Assembly (NCBI GenBank): GCA_030141605.1
Contig: JAQGDQ010000092.1
Span: 62,001 to 126,000, forward strand
DNA length: 64,000 nt
Origin: Tubiluchus corallicola
Taxonomy: Eukaryota; Animalia; Priapulida
Direction of reading: 5' to 3'
Part shown: in pieces, positions 1 through 14,138 of the stretch
Numbering within the stretch: the first letter of the stretch is position 1
Layout of the letters: the number at the start of each line of letters is the position of its first letter
Notes under the pieces: generated by a model
Database searches by the model: none
What the model was told of the DNA's origin: nothing
What the model saw: only the letters and a program-made list of their open reading frames with translations
Program-made: the position numbers and the translations under genes

Positions 1-339
1 CTCTTGCATCATTGTTATCCACTGGTATATTTCTTGTGCATTTACTTTATATTGTATCTCTGCTCGTGTGTGACAATGCCAGCATTCAACTAGATACACA
101 AGATACAACATCACCATGAATGCGGTAGGAATGTACACATACCCTTCGTCACAGGGACTAACTTCTTTGATTTGTGTAAAAGGGAACGAATGAAATGTGA
201 GCATCACTTTGGACACGGTGGTCAGCCGACACCAGGTGATTGCTGCTAGGCAACCGTAGATGAGGAAGCTGAGGATTAGACACTTCCAGTGTGTGTCTCT
301 TCTTAAAGAGCTGCAGAAAGATTGCTTGACTGGTCTTTG
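1..339 (-). CDS. TMEM151: TMEM151-family transmembrane protein, coding exon 2 (continues beyond the left edge of the window)
   Basis: After a minus-strand acceptor (tttgtttttttcag), 113 stop-free codons read QRPVKQSFCSSLRRDTHWKCLILSFLIYGCLAAITWC...SPCDEGYVYIPTAFMVMLYLVYLVECWHCHTR. This matches recalled TMEM151A/B motifs (QRP..SF, HWKCL, GYVYIP, YLVECWHC). Confidence 0.93.
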
Positions 340-629
340 CTGAAAAAAACAAAACATTTAATTTTGAGTGAGACTTTTAAGCTTATAAAAAGTTTTAAAA
401 ACTTGCCTGTTTATTTTTGGCGGAACCTGCAGCAAAAACGTCAACATCAACAATGAGCACAGAATTTTTTTAAAAACTAATTGTGACTGAAAACGAAACA
501 ACAAAGTACAAAGACTATAGTATTTAACGATGTCAAATACGGTAACGGCAACTTAAGCAACAGCAAACGTAATAGTGATTATAGTAACGTAATGAGAAAT
601 AACAGCAGTAACTGCACTAACAGGAATAA

Positions 630-900
630 GTGTCCATAAGACAGACCAACAACAACTGGTGGACACGGCTGCAGAAGGATACGGAGAAATACATAAAGAC
701 GAGCAGGGGAACGGACAGAATCTCTACCACTGTTTCTGCATGCCATCAAACTGCCGATTGGCAAGAACAAACGTACCAAAGGTTTTTTACACCACCTGGA
801 ACTAGCAGAAACAAACCAATGTCAATGTGGAGCAGGAATGCAGACGGGAGATCATCAGATGGTGCCATCCATGGAGCCGAGAGGCATTTATCGTAGCCGA
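630..900 (+). mobile_element. Decayed non-LTR retrotransposon 3' fragment (CxCG...QT..H knuckle)
   Basis: One frame reads FLHHLELAETNQCQCGAGMQTGDH, resembling the C-terminal zinc knuckle of I-group/Ingi-like LINE ORF2; neighbouring sequence is frameshifted. Confidence 0.4.
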
Positions 901-3900
901 CACACTAATATGCATTAATTATATACAGAAATAGTGGAAGATTAATCGCAATGGAATTGATAATATAAAAAAGTGAAAACTTCTTTAAATGCTAATATTA
1001 ACAGTTTGTATAAATGCCTATTCCCAGAGACATCCATTGTATGTGACATAATCTTATAGTTATGAAAAACTAATTGAAACATTACTAATAATCTATTACA
1101 TGCGAATATGTTATAACGTAATGTCATAATAGTAATCAGATAATAAGTAAGAACGCAAAGAAAACGACCTTCCTATAAATAGAGAGAATTGTATAATATA
1201 CAATGTATATTTATGTAATAAAAAAGAGTTATAATAATAATAATAACTGCAACAGCTGCAGTGATAGCAAAGCAGAAACATCAACACTAAATCAGATATA
1301 CTGGCACAATTAGATATTAATTATGTTACTGCAACGACAGTGAAAATACTATTAACCACAACGGCATTGAATCAATATCAGTCTATACCAGTTTTGCAGC
1401 TTCATTGCGCGTAGAATCCTTTTATTTACTACTTTCAGCAAATGAATGTAAATGGCTCTGTTTGCTAAATTAACGTCCAGAACAAAGGAATAAATTAATA
1501 AGAAATGGGCGTCGGCTGGGCGTATAGCACTGAGGAACGTACTTCAGTAATTTGTTGTTTAGAATTTTCGCGAGTTGCTACAACACATGCACATCATTAC
1601 TTTACCAAGTGCAGTTTCGATTAGATCAAGAAGGCTGTAGATTATTCACGTAGCCAATCAACAAAAGCAGCGTGGCAAATCTTTTGTCCAATAGCACAAA
1701 TTAATGGAAAGAACAAAATTACTGACGACAGTGCCCTAGCGAAAGTTTGCTGAAAATGAAAGAAAGGATTACAATGGGATCATCGGCTGCTTAATTAAAC
1801 TGCTTTACGAGCACATGAAATCATGTGGCAAACAAGCCAAAGAGTGTCAATGCAGAACTGAAGAAAGTAATAACTACTATGTGAATGTGTGAAATAAATG
1901 CAAAACAGAAATGAGTTCGAATACAGCATGCTGTATATTTTTTACTAATATTATCCCGCTTGAAGAACGATCAAAAGGAAAGTATCAGATTTTTATACAA
2001 TATAAAAACACCCCAGAATTAAATTGCTCCGAATTTATTCAGGCTGCAAAGGCATTTAAAAACAAGCAAAAAATATATATCGTGGAAAATAAAAAAGGTA
2101 CAGAACTGTAGCAAAAGAAGAAAGTAAAATATACTTATTTCCATTGGTCCATGGAATAGATATGCCCAAGAATAAATAATTAGTGCAGTATACTAACAAC
2201 GTTAGAAAACAATATCAGCAAGAGCAGTATCAACGCTGAAAAATCTGCGTTAATAAAACTTCTCTGATTATCATAATAGCTATCCAGTCAGTTCCGAGAA
2301 ATTGGGACTACACTGTATTAAAAATAAGATATAAACGGGAAACTGAAAGCTTTGTCTACTATCTAAGTAATACAACTGGGTTTAAAATTCTCATTGGCGA
2401 AAACTAATGATAATATGGAAGCCACTCCAAGGCCTCACTGTTCTGAATCCGTTTTAATAGCCATGTATAATGCAAAATGCAATTACCTTTGTATGAAAAC
2501 AACAAAAGTTCTAAAAATAATTATGTTAATTAGTGTTGCCATTGCTGTTGGTAGTGGTACTGTTGTTGCTGTTGCTCTTGTTACTGATAGTGGTCCTAAT
2601 AACAAGGGTGATGAGATCAAACAAAAATTTCATTAGGTAAATCTCCAGAAAAAAACTTGGTGAAATTCAACGCAACTTAGATCTCTCAGCTGCCTCTATG
2701 GCATGTCAGCTAGCCAAAGCAAACATCGCGATTGCATTAAAAACAGGGCAAAAATCGTCGGCATCCATGAATCTCTTCACTCGTACGACTTGTGGCATTT
2801 TCGTAAATTTCAAGTACACAAGCGGACGGTGAAAAGTCTAGCGAAAACAAAGCAATTGGTCCACTCCTTTGTACAGTTATTGCACTGCCAGGTAAAAAAC
2901 CTTCAAGGAAGTGTATAATAGTTACGTAGTTTTTTTTAAATGCTTTCAACGAGTCAAGTCAACGAGTTGTACTTGCGTCCACGTTCTGCCTAGATGCGCT
3001 CTGCATACTGCCTTCTGCATTCAAATGCGCGTTAAAACTGATTGATGTGATTTATTTGCGACTTAGAATTCCCCACACGTAAGACGTGAAGCCAAAGTCC
3101 AGCTTAGAGCTATCACATCGAGATAGAATACAGAATGAAAAAAGTTAAAACGCGTAACAAATTACTGTTTTATGGATGCCCATGCGTCGCATCATTTATA
3201 TTTATTTATTTTTGTATTTATATTTATATTTATATTTATGTGTTTTGGTAAAAAAAACCAAACGTTTTACAGAAACTTTATATAAATGTAGACTTATGAG
3301 ACTGTGCTAAATCCATTATCATTAACTTTAATTAAATTAATGAGCGATGCTACTCGCCTAGTGGGTGATTATTACGAAGCGGAACTTTATAGCGTATCGT
3401 TGAATGAAATATATAATTGTCACGGTTTGCATTAGCGTTGAATGCAATCTACGGAAATTGCTAACCTTTGAAATTAAGCAATTCTTTAAGTAGCCCTCGT
3501 CATTTCCAACCGGAGGATAGACGAGAGATAAAACAGGTACCACATCTCCCTTGTGGGAGAAGCGGTGTCTGTTTTAACGCTGCGATGTCATTCAGCCTCA
3601 ATTTAATTTTGTCTTATCAAAATCGCTTTTTATTACGTGAATCAATGTTAGTCGCAGTTTTTATCAAATTACTTTAACGAAATTTAAATTCTGTCAAATG
3701 TTCACATTGTTAATCAAAGTAAGCAGCTTTTAAAGCAAGAAACGGCAATTTATTGCTCAAACCTGACAGTTTAAACAAATAAATGCCCCTTTTAAGACAT
3801 TTATACAATTACTGTTCATGAACTTGAAATGTGTTGGAAAATTAGTTGTTTCACGACTTTTGTTGTTGTAAAACATTATGCTTACAAACGCTTCTTTACT

Positions 3901-5418
3901 AATAATACTAACTGTTGGTCCATTTCTTTGTGTCATTAATTTTCATTCTCTAGTCACTACTGATTCTACGCAGAGACTTCATGGATATAAACAACAGTGA
4001 GTCCACCGCTCGACAAAAGAGATATCCCAGATCCCAGACCAAGATCTGCGTCAATATTATACAGTTCTGCGATGCAAGCACACTAACTATACGTGTGAGC
4101 ATGTAGCTACATCAGTCAGTGTAATATTCCGTGACATAATCAAGCGAAATCAATTCAACCTTGTAAACCAAGCAATCACGGATCTGTATGACAGATATAT
4201 TAATCTTAATTTATGACTCGCCGTAACGTTATTTAACGTTGTTAAACAGCTGGACATTAGTTACGTGCTTTCAGTAAATGAGTTCCAAGTAAACTCAATT
4301 TTGGAGACGAGGGTCCTTAAATAGATTGTTAAATTAAAACGTAGAGCTTTATTGAACTTTCTACAGCATAATATATTTTAGTAATAACAGGATTATTAAT
4401 ACAATACCGCGCACTGCAAACTATCTAGCATGTAGCTGTTTACAAAGGTCTCTATTTGTGACGCGACCAGACCTAGCTCATTAAAAGGCTAACACTGTAA
4501 GGGGAGCTGACCATTACAGGTATCTTAGCCACGTTCGGATGTGAGTTCGTCTTTCTTCTATGATGTAAATGTTCAGGACGTGTCGATATAGAATGAACCG
4601 CCCAGAATGAATATCGAACCCAAGCAGTTACAGTTACGTCAATTGGCCAGCCGCGTTCTTAGTTTCGATCACTAAACGGACCGCGTGACCATTTCGCTAT
4701 ATCTCAACTCTTACATCAGAATATAATTCTTAGAGAACTGACTAGGGATCTTGTTTATATAAAAATTCTATGTAATCACAACATAAATATTTTCGTCTTT
4801 CAATGTCATTTATGATTTGCCATTATTACCATATTAACATAAGTATCGTAACGTGATATTAAATCAATATTAATCTTAATATAAGAATTTCTTAATTGAT
4901 TAAATCTATTCTCCACTTCGTCCCAAATGTTGTAAATTAACATAACCACACAAAACCTCATACGGAAAAAGTAAGCGAATGTAAAAATGATCGTAACTCG
5001 TCATGGACAGAATTACATCTGTCTGTCTCAGTCAAACTTGTCGCATCCAGACGATGATAATCTTTCAGAGCATGATAAGAAATGGCTTCGGACTTCGGAG
5101 AAAATTGAGCAAGCAATAGCTATATTGGCTGCATGTGCATCTGTTGACAGTGCAAATAGAGAAATGCAATAAAACCCATGTCTGTTCAAAGTAGCAATGC
5201 GATAACAGCCACAATGAATTACGAAAAACAACCCTGTGACATGGCTTCCAGAAATAACTGCATATGTGAAAAGGTGCATTTGGGCGCAGTAAGGGATGAA
5301 ACTAAATTAACGTTTGAATGATGTAGACCCAAGCTATTGAAACAAATAATTCTTTACATTTCAAGGCTATTTCTTATTATAAATATAGTATTCACAACAA
5401 TAATAAAAAACTAATAAC

Positions 5419-5431
5419 AATGATGATGATG

Positions 5432-5495
<64 letters not shown>

Positions 5496-5511
5496 CAATG
5501 ATAATAATAAT
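5419..5511. repeat. (ATG)n(AAT)n microsatellite
   Basis: Directly visible trinucleotide run. Confidence 0.97.
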
Positions 5512-5780
5512 ATAGTATAAATAAGAATAATATCTTAATGCTTTGCCCATAAGATAATCACGAAACTATGCACTGGTCAAAATGCAAAATAATTATATCC
5601 GTTCGGTAAAAATGAAAGTTAAAGGACACGCACCATTACAGCATTAACAGCACATAAACTGCTAGAAAAATAAAACTTTCAGCGAGAAACTGATATACCC
5701 TAGACCAATGGCCATGATGGCTTGTTGATGCTAATCACCATAAAGCACGATATTAGCCAACCTTACGCTAGTTATGTATA

Positions 5781-6399
5781 TGTTACAGGCAATGCCTGAA
5801 ACCGGGCATTCTACGGAATGCCTAGGCATTTTACGGAGTGCAAAACAAACCAGGTAAAGTGTTTAAAATAGATCTTTCTACACTTTCAAAGGTATTACGT
5901 ACAATGCAAATATATGTCTGGGCAAAGTGTGTAATTCTTATATTTGAAATAAAGCTTTCGTAGGCATTTTGTAGTATGTTGAACAAATCTTAGTTAATAT
6001 AAAATAAAACAAATGTTCAATTGCTCTGATATAATTTTCCTAGGCATTTTATATAAAGCCAGTTTTTTTTAGTAAATATGTGAATTTGAACCAAGTCATC
6101 TTTCAATGCTGTTTGCTGGTTTGTACGTTGGCTAAGTTGTGGTATGCGTTCCATTAACCAGTGCCTAAGTACTGTATGAAATACCTAGAAAAAGTTCGAT
6201 CTAACACAAACTATGTTCATTTTACACTTTGCCAAAATCACTTAACGTATTTTGCATAATTTCTAGGTGCAAAACGCCTAGGTAAAGTGTGAAAAAATCG
6301 CAGCAAAAAGATTTATTTCACACTTTTGCCGAAATGCGTGTTAATTGAAATACCTAGGAATTTTATAAAATGTCTAAATTTCACACATTGCCTGTAACA
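5781..6399. mobile_element. MITE of about 620 bp with terminal inverted repeats
   Basis: TGTTACAGGCAATG (5781-5794) and CATTGCCTGTAACA (6386-6399) are a perfect 14-bp inverted repeat extending imperfectly to about 50 bp. Internal repeats of CCTAGGCATTTT and AGGTAAAGTGT; no ORF. Confidence 0.8.
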
Positions 6400-6689
6400 G
6401 ACAAAGCTTATAATGAAAATCGAGCCTTACCCGAGAACTATTTTTGTTGGACTACTTTCGTTAAGTAGAGATATTATGCGTAAATGCTTTGAACAAGTTT
6501 GGAATAACCAGACAACGTTTTCACCTAAGCTTCTGCTTAATAGATTAGAAGAACAAAATGAAAATGGATTATACCTTATTTTGGGAAGAAAAAAACAGGG
6601 GAAATCCATAACGATAACAAACTTGATAGACAAAACAAACTGCGAACATACCGAACCTTCGAAAGACAATACCAAGTACTGTTGATAAC

Positions 6690-6890
6690 TACTTAGGGAG
6701 TTTTCTGTTTATTCCAAATACTTTATGATAAAACTGGCTCAGATATTTTGGGTGTTAAAAGAGGGATATACGTTAAACATAGGAAAGTCCTAGCTGAGAA
6801 TCGTATATGTTCATACTGTTTAAGAAATGAAATCGAACTCAAACTACACTTTGTTATGAAATGTTAATATTACAATGATCTTAGAGGAAA
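6690..6890 (+). mobile_element. LINE ORF2 C-terminal remnant (CCHC)
   Basis: 6796-6886 reads ENRICSYCLRNEIELKLHFVMKC*YYNDLR, the typical R.C..C...IE.E.HF...C..Y..LR tail of RTE-X/L2-like elements, with a stop codon. Confidence 0.55.
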
Positions 6891-9337
6891 ATTATAATCA
6901 TAATCACCTCAGTGCAATTATGAGGGATGATGAAAATTTCATTCTTGATGGGAAAAAGATTTAGAAGTAATAAAATCAAGTAATTTATTGATTTTTGTTG
7001 AAAAACCGTGATAAAGACATGATAAAAATATACTATGAAATGATCATATCATTGAAAATGAAGCCAGATGAGTGACAAAATATATTTTAAACGCCAATAA
7101 TTAAATTTATGGACTAAAATAACTAACAAGAACGATTTTAGAATATATTTGTTTTATGAATAATTATGTACTTGAAGCGTCGATATATTTTATTATTGAA
7201 ATTGTATATATGTCTTGTTTCTTCTTTTGTATATTTTACTAATAAATAAATTATATCAATATCCAGGATCAATTTGAGAGTTAGAAATTCAAACGAGAGT
7301 TACAGCTAAAATAAGTTGGTAGAATTTTTAGTTTCTCGTGTTTCTAATTATACTTACACGTCAAGTCAGCTAGTAGCATGCGTTTTAGAAATGTAACTAA
7401 GCAAAAATATCTGTAGAGTTAATCAATATGCAGTTACATGAGTGCAATTAAGAATTTCAGACATACTGCGGTACTCCGTTTTTGATTGCAATTAGGCTAT
7501 CAATGATTTCTATGAAGTTTTTCTTTTGTAAATTAACCATGTTTTTTCAAGTCTGATGTTAAGTTACGAAGGAATTACGACAAGAGATTCTTTTCTTCCC
7601 TGACAGCTGAATCTGAAAATTTACAGGTGACAAACCTAACTTATTTTCAAAATTTTGCACCACCTGAGCTATATTAATCACTAACAAAAACCCCTACGCA
7701 GCTGCTAATGAGGGGCTGAATATCAATCAACTGGGTATTTGTGATTCCCTCAAAGCCAGCCTGTTTTCATGCCAAACACACAGGAAACTCTGTAATTAGA
7801 AAAGCCAGAGAAATCTCCCTAGTAATGAATCTATCATGTTATTTTGATTGATTGAATGCCGTATTTATGTTTGACAGAGCTAGGAAAAGTCGTTCATCTA
7901 CCATCATTGATCATCGTCCGTTATTGCATGTTTTTCTAAATACCCTGGTTGCCTGTCCGTAATTATTAGATGTAGAAATATAAGCATGGCCTGCAGAGAA
8001 ATATATTCGTTACATCGAGAAATCCAGGACGCACAAGTGTTAGCCAATATTTGTGGAAACAGGTTACAGTTTCGCTAATAATGAATGAAAATGTTGAAAA
8101 GGGGTTGCTGATCGGTTGCGAAACTATCATAAACATTATTCATGCCATAAAACAGGTTGAAATGGCAAAAGACATTTAAAAGTTTTAGAATGCGCACTGT
8201 GAAATAATTATGCAAAGTTTACAAAAATTTAGCTACAGCGGTGCTTTTGTTTTGCCATGTCAGTCTTTACAGTAACGATTTTTTTAAACGTTTCAAGACA
8301 ACGGCCCAGACCGTAGCAAATGAAAACTTTAACTGGGAAAACTACTTTTGGTGATTTCATTTGTCTAGTGTCTTTGATTATTTCTCTCATTGATGTACAT
8401 GCAGCGCAGTGTTTTATCTTAGAGGACTATTCCTGGTGATAACCTAGGTTAGTAGTACGTTCTGCCGTTGAGTGCTTAATGCAGCTGGACACAGAAGTAT
8501 TAGCCTACCGATTCTACTTTGTCGTGTATTGAACGGTACAAAAAAACAACGCAGTTCTTGACAAATTCCGATGATCTATCCCCGACAGAAACGCAGGTTC
8601 CCCGAGGATTTGAAATGAAGTTCTTTTTTATTATTTGAAACGTCTTTACTTCAAATTCAATCCCACATGTAAACATTGGTTTCATTTCAAATACGCCACG
8701 AAAGTAGTCCATTAACAAGATTAGTCCGCTGTTAATTTTCCGTCGTCCACGACATGTTGTTAAAATAAGTTATATATGAAATCCCATTAATTCTAAAAGA
8801 CATGCCGACAGAATATGAAATTATCTAGCCAACCTCTAGGGGCGTAGTTTTGTAGAAGAGACTATCCTATAGTGTAAGCTAACTAGACCGATGAAATATT
8901 ATTGAAGAAACACTCACGTTTTCCCGGAAATCGATAAGAAGCCTAATTTGCAAGAAAGATAAATTTACGGTGCATTAACTGCCGAAAAAAGAAATTTAGT
9001 AAAGCCTGCTTGTGATGAAACGCCTATAGGTCATAAAAATGTGAAGAAAACCATAAACTATAACTGAACAATTATAAACATCATGAAAACTGCAATTCGA
9101 TTTTATTATGTATGATAAGTAGTGTAAGCGGAATGTAACAACTTCTTCAAATTTGTTTAGCACATGAAAGCAAAACCTTTAGCATGAGACCAATTAAAAG
9201 GAAAAAACAAATATTCATGGAAAAAATTAAACCGCTAATCGGCAAATCTGTTGGTTGCTGAACATCAGTAAATCACCAGATGGGGGCGGGAAGGCCTTGA
9301 AGTGAACTAAACTGTTAGCAATATTTTTAAGGAAAGA

Positions 9338-9612
9338 ACTGACTGACTGACTGAATGAATGAATGAATGAATGAACGAATAAATGAATGAAAGAACAAAT
9401 GGATGAATGAATGAAATTGATTAATTAATTAATATAAATAAATGAATCAATGGGCTAACGAATGAACAAACATACATGGATGAAGAAATGAATAAATGAA
9501 TGAATGAATGAACGAGTAAACATGGAGTAACTAGCTAGTGAGTGAGTGCATAAATGCGGAGCACGTGAATAAATCACGAATGGATGAATGGAAAAATTTA
9601 ATGAATAAGTGA
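9338..9612. repeat. Degenerate (GAAT)n/(GACT)n tetranucleotide satellite
   Basis: Runs of gactgact, gaatgaat and gagtgagt. Confidence 0.9.
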
Positions 9613-11721
9613 ATATACTTGCAGCTGCTTAGATATTGCAGAAATGACCGAACAGGGTGACTATGGGTTGGTCCAGATCATCATGGAAAGAAAGCTTATC
9701 CTGTTTATTAAACGAATGGCCCCGTCTCCCAGGAAGTTTAGCTTATTTTAATGTTTGATTGAAAAAATGTTAGAAAGTTACGGCAATAAAATTGTGATTA
9801 GCGCCTTGCGTAATTAGTAAAATCAATTTAAAGTCGCGATCACTTCACGCTTGAGCTCGATCATTCTTGAGCAAAATTTTTATAACCATTATGAACTACT
9901 GACAATCTAAAATGTTGAACGAGAGATTTAATTATTAACACTTTTTTGCTTTTTGATGAATCCCCTTGCCCACTATGTCAGTTACGGACCATAATATAAT
10001 ATCCTACAACTCGGCTAGTTAACGACAACGCCGACAAAGCAACAGAATAAATTTATTTTAACAAGCTGAAACTGAACTCTATAAGCTGAGTAAATCGCCC
10101 GGCACCTATATGCTCGTTGCCTCGCATGATTCCAGGCTTGTCTATAATTGTGTTGTGTAGCACGTACGCATTTTGAGGTATAATCCTGTGGATTAAAGCC
10201 ATGTAAGCACTTAAATGTTAAAAGTTAATGCAAATTGATCAGACGACTAATTTATACAAAAAACACAGTTAAACACAAAGATTTAGTCAGCTAGAATAGC
10301 GGAATTTCTGAGTGTGTCCACCATCTCACGTCATTTTCTTTCAAATATGCCCGCAGCAAGGTTTGTTTGGCGGGAGATAAGAGTGATTCAAATTTCTTTT
10401 TCACTTCTTAAGCCACGTATATTACGTGGTAGTTTTCCATATTTTTAAGTGTATATTAAAATACAATAAATGTTGTTCGAGAGTAGGTTTTCCTTTAATG
10501 TCTTCCCAGAGCACCAACCAGCGTAAGGTTAAGCCATGTCTAAAGAAAAATCGAGGAGACAATCAGAAATCCATTGCGCTAAGGAACTTGCAAGTCATAT
10601 AACCAATGATGTCTGTTCAGGAATTCTAGGTTTATATGACTATCAATTGTTTAGTCCTTTACTTATATGTAAGTTGCAAAGATACAAGCTACTAAATTGT
10701 TAGTTGAAAACGGTTTCCAAAATATACGCGTTTTTATAAACGATCGGAAGGAAAAATTCCCAATTTGTAATTTCTAATGTGCAAAGTACAACAGTTCTTA
10801 ATTTTCGCGTTTCCAAGTGCAAATTTTCACGAAATGGAAAGGAAAGGGTCCTCTGCAATGCAATAAACCGTATAAAGAAAATCATAATACAAAGCTTGTA
10901 TACGATGTAAAATATTGTGTCAATGGAGCACAACAAACAACCTTTTCCTAGTAAGATATCATCAGTTGTACAACTACAGTAAAAGGAATTATACAAGTCT
11001 CTGGAAAACCGAATCAAAACGTTTAGGCCTAATCTTGGCCTAATCACATGTACAGCCAGGATAGTCTGGTGTCCCTATTTACTCTCTATGGTTACTACTC
11101 GACGAAGAAGACTAATCGAAATATTTTTTTTGTCATCTACCTAGAGTTAAATAGGGGCAAATCAACATTTAATCTGCTATATTATAGCGTTTTTGCGATA
11201 ACTAGAACAAGCAAGACGTTAACGGTGCTACATTGTTAAAAGGGTGCTTTGAGAATGCAAGGTTTGCTCATGCTCAACGTGCACAAGTTCAACATCTGCT
11301 CAGTTTTCTGAAGAAAGGCAAATATTATAACCTTCCCTATTGATTCGAAATCGCAGAGGCGCGTTTAAAGTTAATAAATTTTGCCTAGCAGTGATATTTT
11401 GCAAGCCCAAATAAGCTCTCTTAATGTTTACCAGCTTACGACTACTACAGTATAGACACATTATGTCCTTGCTTCAAGTCCAGGCTGTATCTTTACATTT
11501 CCTGTCTTTCAAATTTTGTTTCAAAATTTATATTAACTGTGAATTGTTCCATTATTTATAATAGTCTTGACATTAAAATTATAACAATTAATTAATTACA
11601 GACGGAAATTTCAGGTTCATTCTAAGACTGATTAATTAGTTAAAATCACTCTAACAACCTAACATTGGAAATGCTGAATTCAGTTGGCCAGCTATCGAGA
11701 TGAACTTTCGTCTGTTTTTAA

Positions 11722-11780
11722 CCGCTGGGAGATACACAGTTTGGCTTGAAAGCAGAAGGTCCCTGGTTCAAATCCGGGCT
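11722..11780 (+). pseudogene. tRNA-Phe-derived stub (pseudo-tRNA or SINE head)
   Basis: CTGGGAGA...TTGAAAGCAGAAGGTCCCTGGTTCAAATCCGGG resembles the 3' part of eukaryotic tRNA-Phe (..TGGGAGA..CTGAAGATCTAAAGGTCCCTGGTTCGATCCCGGG). B-box GGTTCAAATCC at 11765-11775; no acceptor stem. Confidence 0.55.
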
Positions 11781-12049
11781 ATACTTTAACTTTTTCGGCT
11801 TTAACTTTTGGTGTCGTAATTTAATTGTTTGTGGGTTTGTTCCATCACGTTTCTTAAAGGACAGAGTTTGTTGCTTGCCAATTATTGTCATAAAATTTTT
11901 TTGTTAGTTTAGATATGAGCGTTACAGTAACGGTAGCTTATTATAATAAGGCCTATGGTGTGGGGTCTGGCACAACAATGACCTCTACATAGCAAGTTGA
12001 GTGTCCTGCAAGGATTGTAGATACATTAACATATTTAGTGAATACATAC

Positions 12050-12079
12050 CTGGACGCCATACGCATTAGATTCGTTCAT
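12050..12079 (-). CDS. TMEM151: Probable TMEM151 coding exon 1 (MNESNAYGVQ), giving an 11.7-kb first intron (340-12049)
   Basis: Minus strand reads ATG AAC GAA TCT AAT GCG TAT GGC GTC CAG|GTATGT: a strong phase-0 donor that matches the phase-0 acceptor at 339, with an in-frame TGA upstream of the ATG. As recalled, vertebrate TMEM151 also has a short first exon joined just before QRP. Confidence 0.65.
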
Positions 12080-12720
12080 AATGACTCGAAGACATCGTGT
12101 TCACGCAGTTTCATTGAAAGTATTGTCGCATGTACTCGTGTCACATGCAGTTACAATAGAAAAACCGTTACCCGAAGCCACGTCGCATGCAACCTTACTG
12201 GAAACGCTATGACTTGCAGCCAGTGAAATCCAGGACTGGTTTCCCCGTATATTGATTCCACAAGCGACTGAATGATTTCGGCTTATACACGCAATAATTA
12301 GACAAAAGGGAAGCCATTGCCCATCTTTCTGCGCCTAGCAGGACATCAGCAAAGCACCACGATGAAACCGATGTAATAGTGGGGGCTGCATGCAGGCAAA
12401 ACAACCACGCTTGAAGCTCACACAACAGCAAAACCGCAGACAGATACCATCACAAAATCAATTAATGGATGGCCATCAAGGGTTTGGATTGCAACACGCT
12501 ATTGTCGAGTAGATGGAACATGAATGGAGGATTGAGGCAGTCACTCAGCGAAGTGAAGGCAAGAGAGTAAAAGAAACGCGTTAAGCGTGTACGGCGCTCA
12601 TATTCATAATGGAATTGATTCATGCACGGCTCAGCTGCCGCATCAGAATCGTGTCGTCAGCGTAAGTGACACATCGATGGAGTTTAACGATCGTAAAAGC
12701 AGCTTTTACGACAAAAAGTC
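12080..12720 (-). promoter_or_regulatory. Candidate TMEM151 5' UTR/promoter region
   Basis: Locally GC- and CpG-richer, non-repetitive stretch directly upstream of the putative first coding exon; the TSS cannot be placed. Confidence 0.35.
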
Positions 12721-13175
12721 AAAATACCGGGAACCCATCAACGCGGCAGTGCACAATAATAGCTGAGAACGTGCAAGGTCATTTGCAAGTCAAACTCGTG
12801 GCGAGGAATGATATTACTTATATGCATGTCATCGTATCAGTCTGTGAATGATTAGAAATGCACAATTTTTGCACAGAGGAAAAGTGATAATAAGTAATAA
12901 GTGAGAACCACTTGTTAAATATGGTCAAAATGGTTACAAATGTGTCTTAAAACGATACTTTTTACACTTATAAAATATTTTATGTAACTCATCAAAATGC
13001 ATCCATTAATTGCACCGCTTGCAAATCTGTAGCAGAAATTTTCCTGGATGTAAAAAATCAGTATTAGTTAAGTTTCTCCTAATTAAATAAAAGATGTCTT
13101 CTAAAAATAAAAGGAAAAATCTCTAGAAAATAACATTTGTTATTATTAACTTGTCTTTAGCTCGCGTAAGACACA

Positions 13176-13286
13176 ATTGCTAAGACGTTTTAAACAGTTG
13201 TTGATTGGAAATTTAATCAATATCTAACAAAAAACGTTAGACATTGATTAAATTTCAAATCAACAACTGTTTAAACGTCTATCAAT
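13176..13286. repeat. Near-perfect inverted repeat (about 46-bp arms, 7-nt loop)
   Basis: 13183-13228 AGACGTTTTAAACAGTTGTTGATTGGAAATTTAATCAATATCTAAC pairs with 13236-13280, with 2 mismatches and a 1-nt bulge. Confidence 0.92.

Positions 13287-13291
<5 letters not shown>

Positions 13292-13364
<73 letters not shown>
13292..13364. repeat. (CT)n microsatellite
   Basis: Pure CT run. Confidence 0.99.
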
Positions 13365-13367
<3 letters not shown>

Positions 13368-13728
13368 AATTACAGAGAATAAATAAACAAATAAATAAAT
13401 TTATGAATAAGTTTTAAACGAAGCACATTGCGCAAATTTTCCAATAAAAGTAGTGTTATGAAATAAAATCGCAAATTGTGGTTTTCAGTTATTAACGGCC
13501 CAGGCGGAAGCTACGTTCATTTCCTTGTTGTCATTTCCGTTTTGAAAGAAGTTTGTGTAAAATTCTCCCGTAGGGACTTTTCATTAGAGCTCGTTATATA
13601 TCGACCAAACTGCCGTCGTGTGTTTGCTAACTGCTAATAAAATTCGACGCCAGATCCCACTAGACTCGTATATTAGCGGTGATGATGCGTAGTTCCTTGT
13701 TCATTAAACGCAATAGTTTAGGAGACGT

Positions 13729-14138
<410 letters not shown>

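Noticed and set aside
158-352. 64-aa minus-strand ORF in the track
   Set aside because: Wrong frame; the TMEM151 frame overlaps it.
3530-3600. Alternative TMEM151 first exon ending at GTG|GTACC (minus strand)
   Set aside because: The phase-0 frame has a TAA and no ATG after it; 12050-12079 fits much better.
4440-4690. Minus-strand tRNA-derived SINE (GGTTCGATATTC B-box-like)
   Set aside because: The A and B boxes are too degenerate and there is no second copy in the window to support it.
11722-11780. Functional tRNA-Phe gene
   Set aside because: Only the T-arm/B-box region is good; the acceptor, D and anticodon stems do not form.
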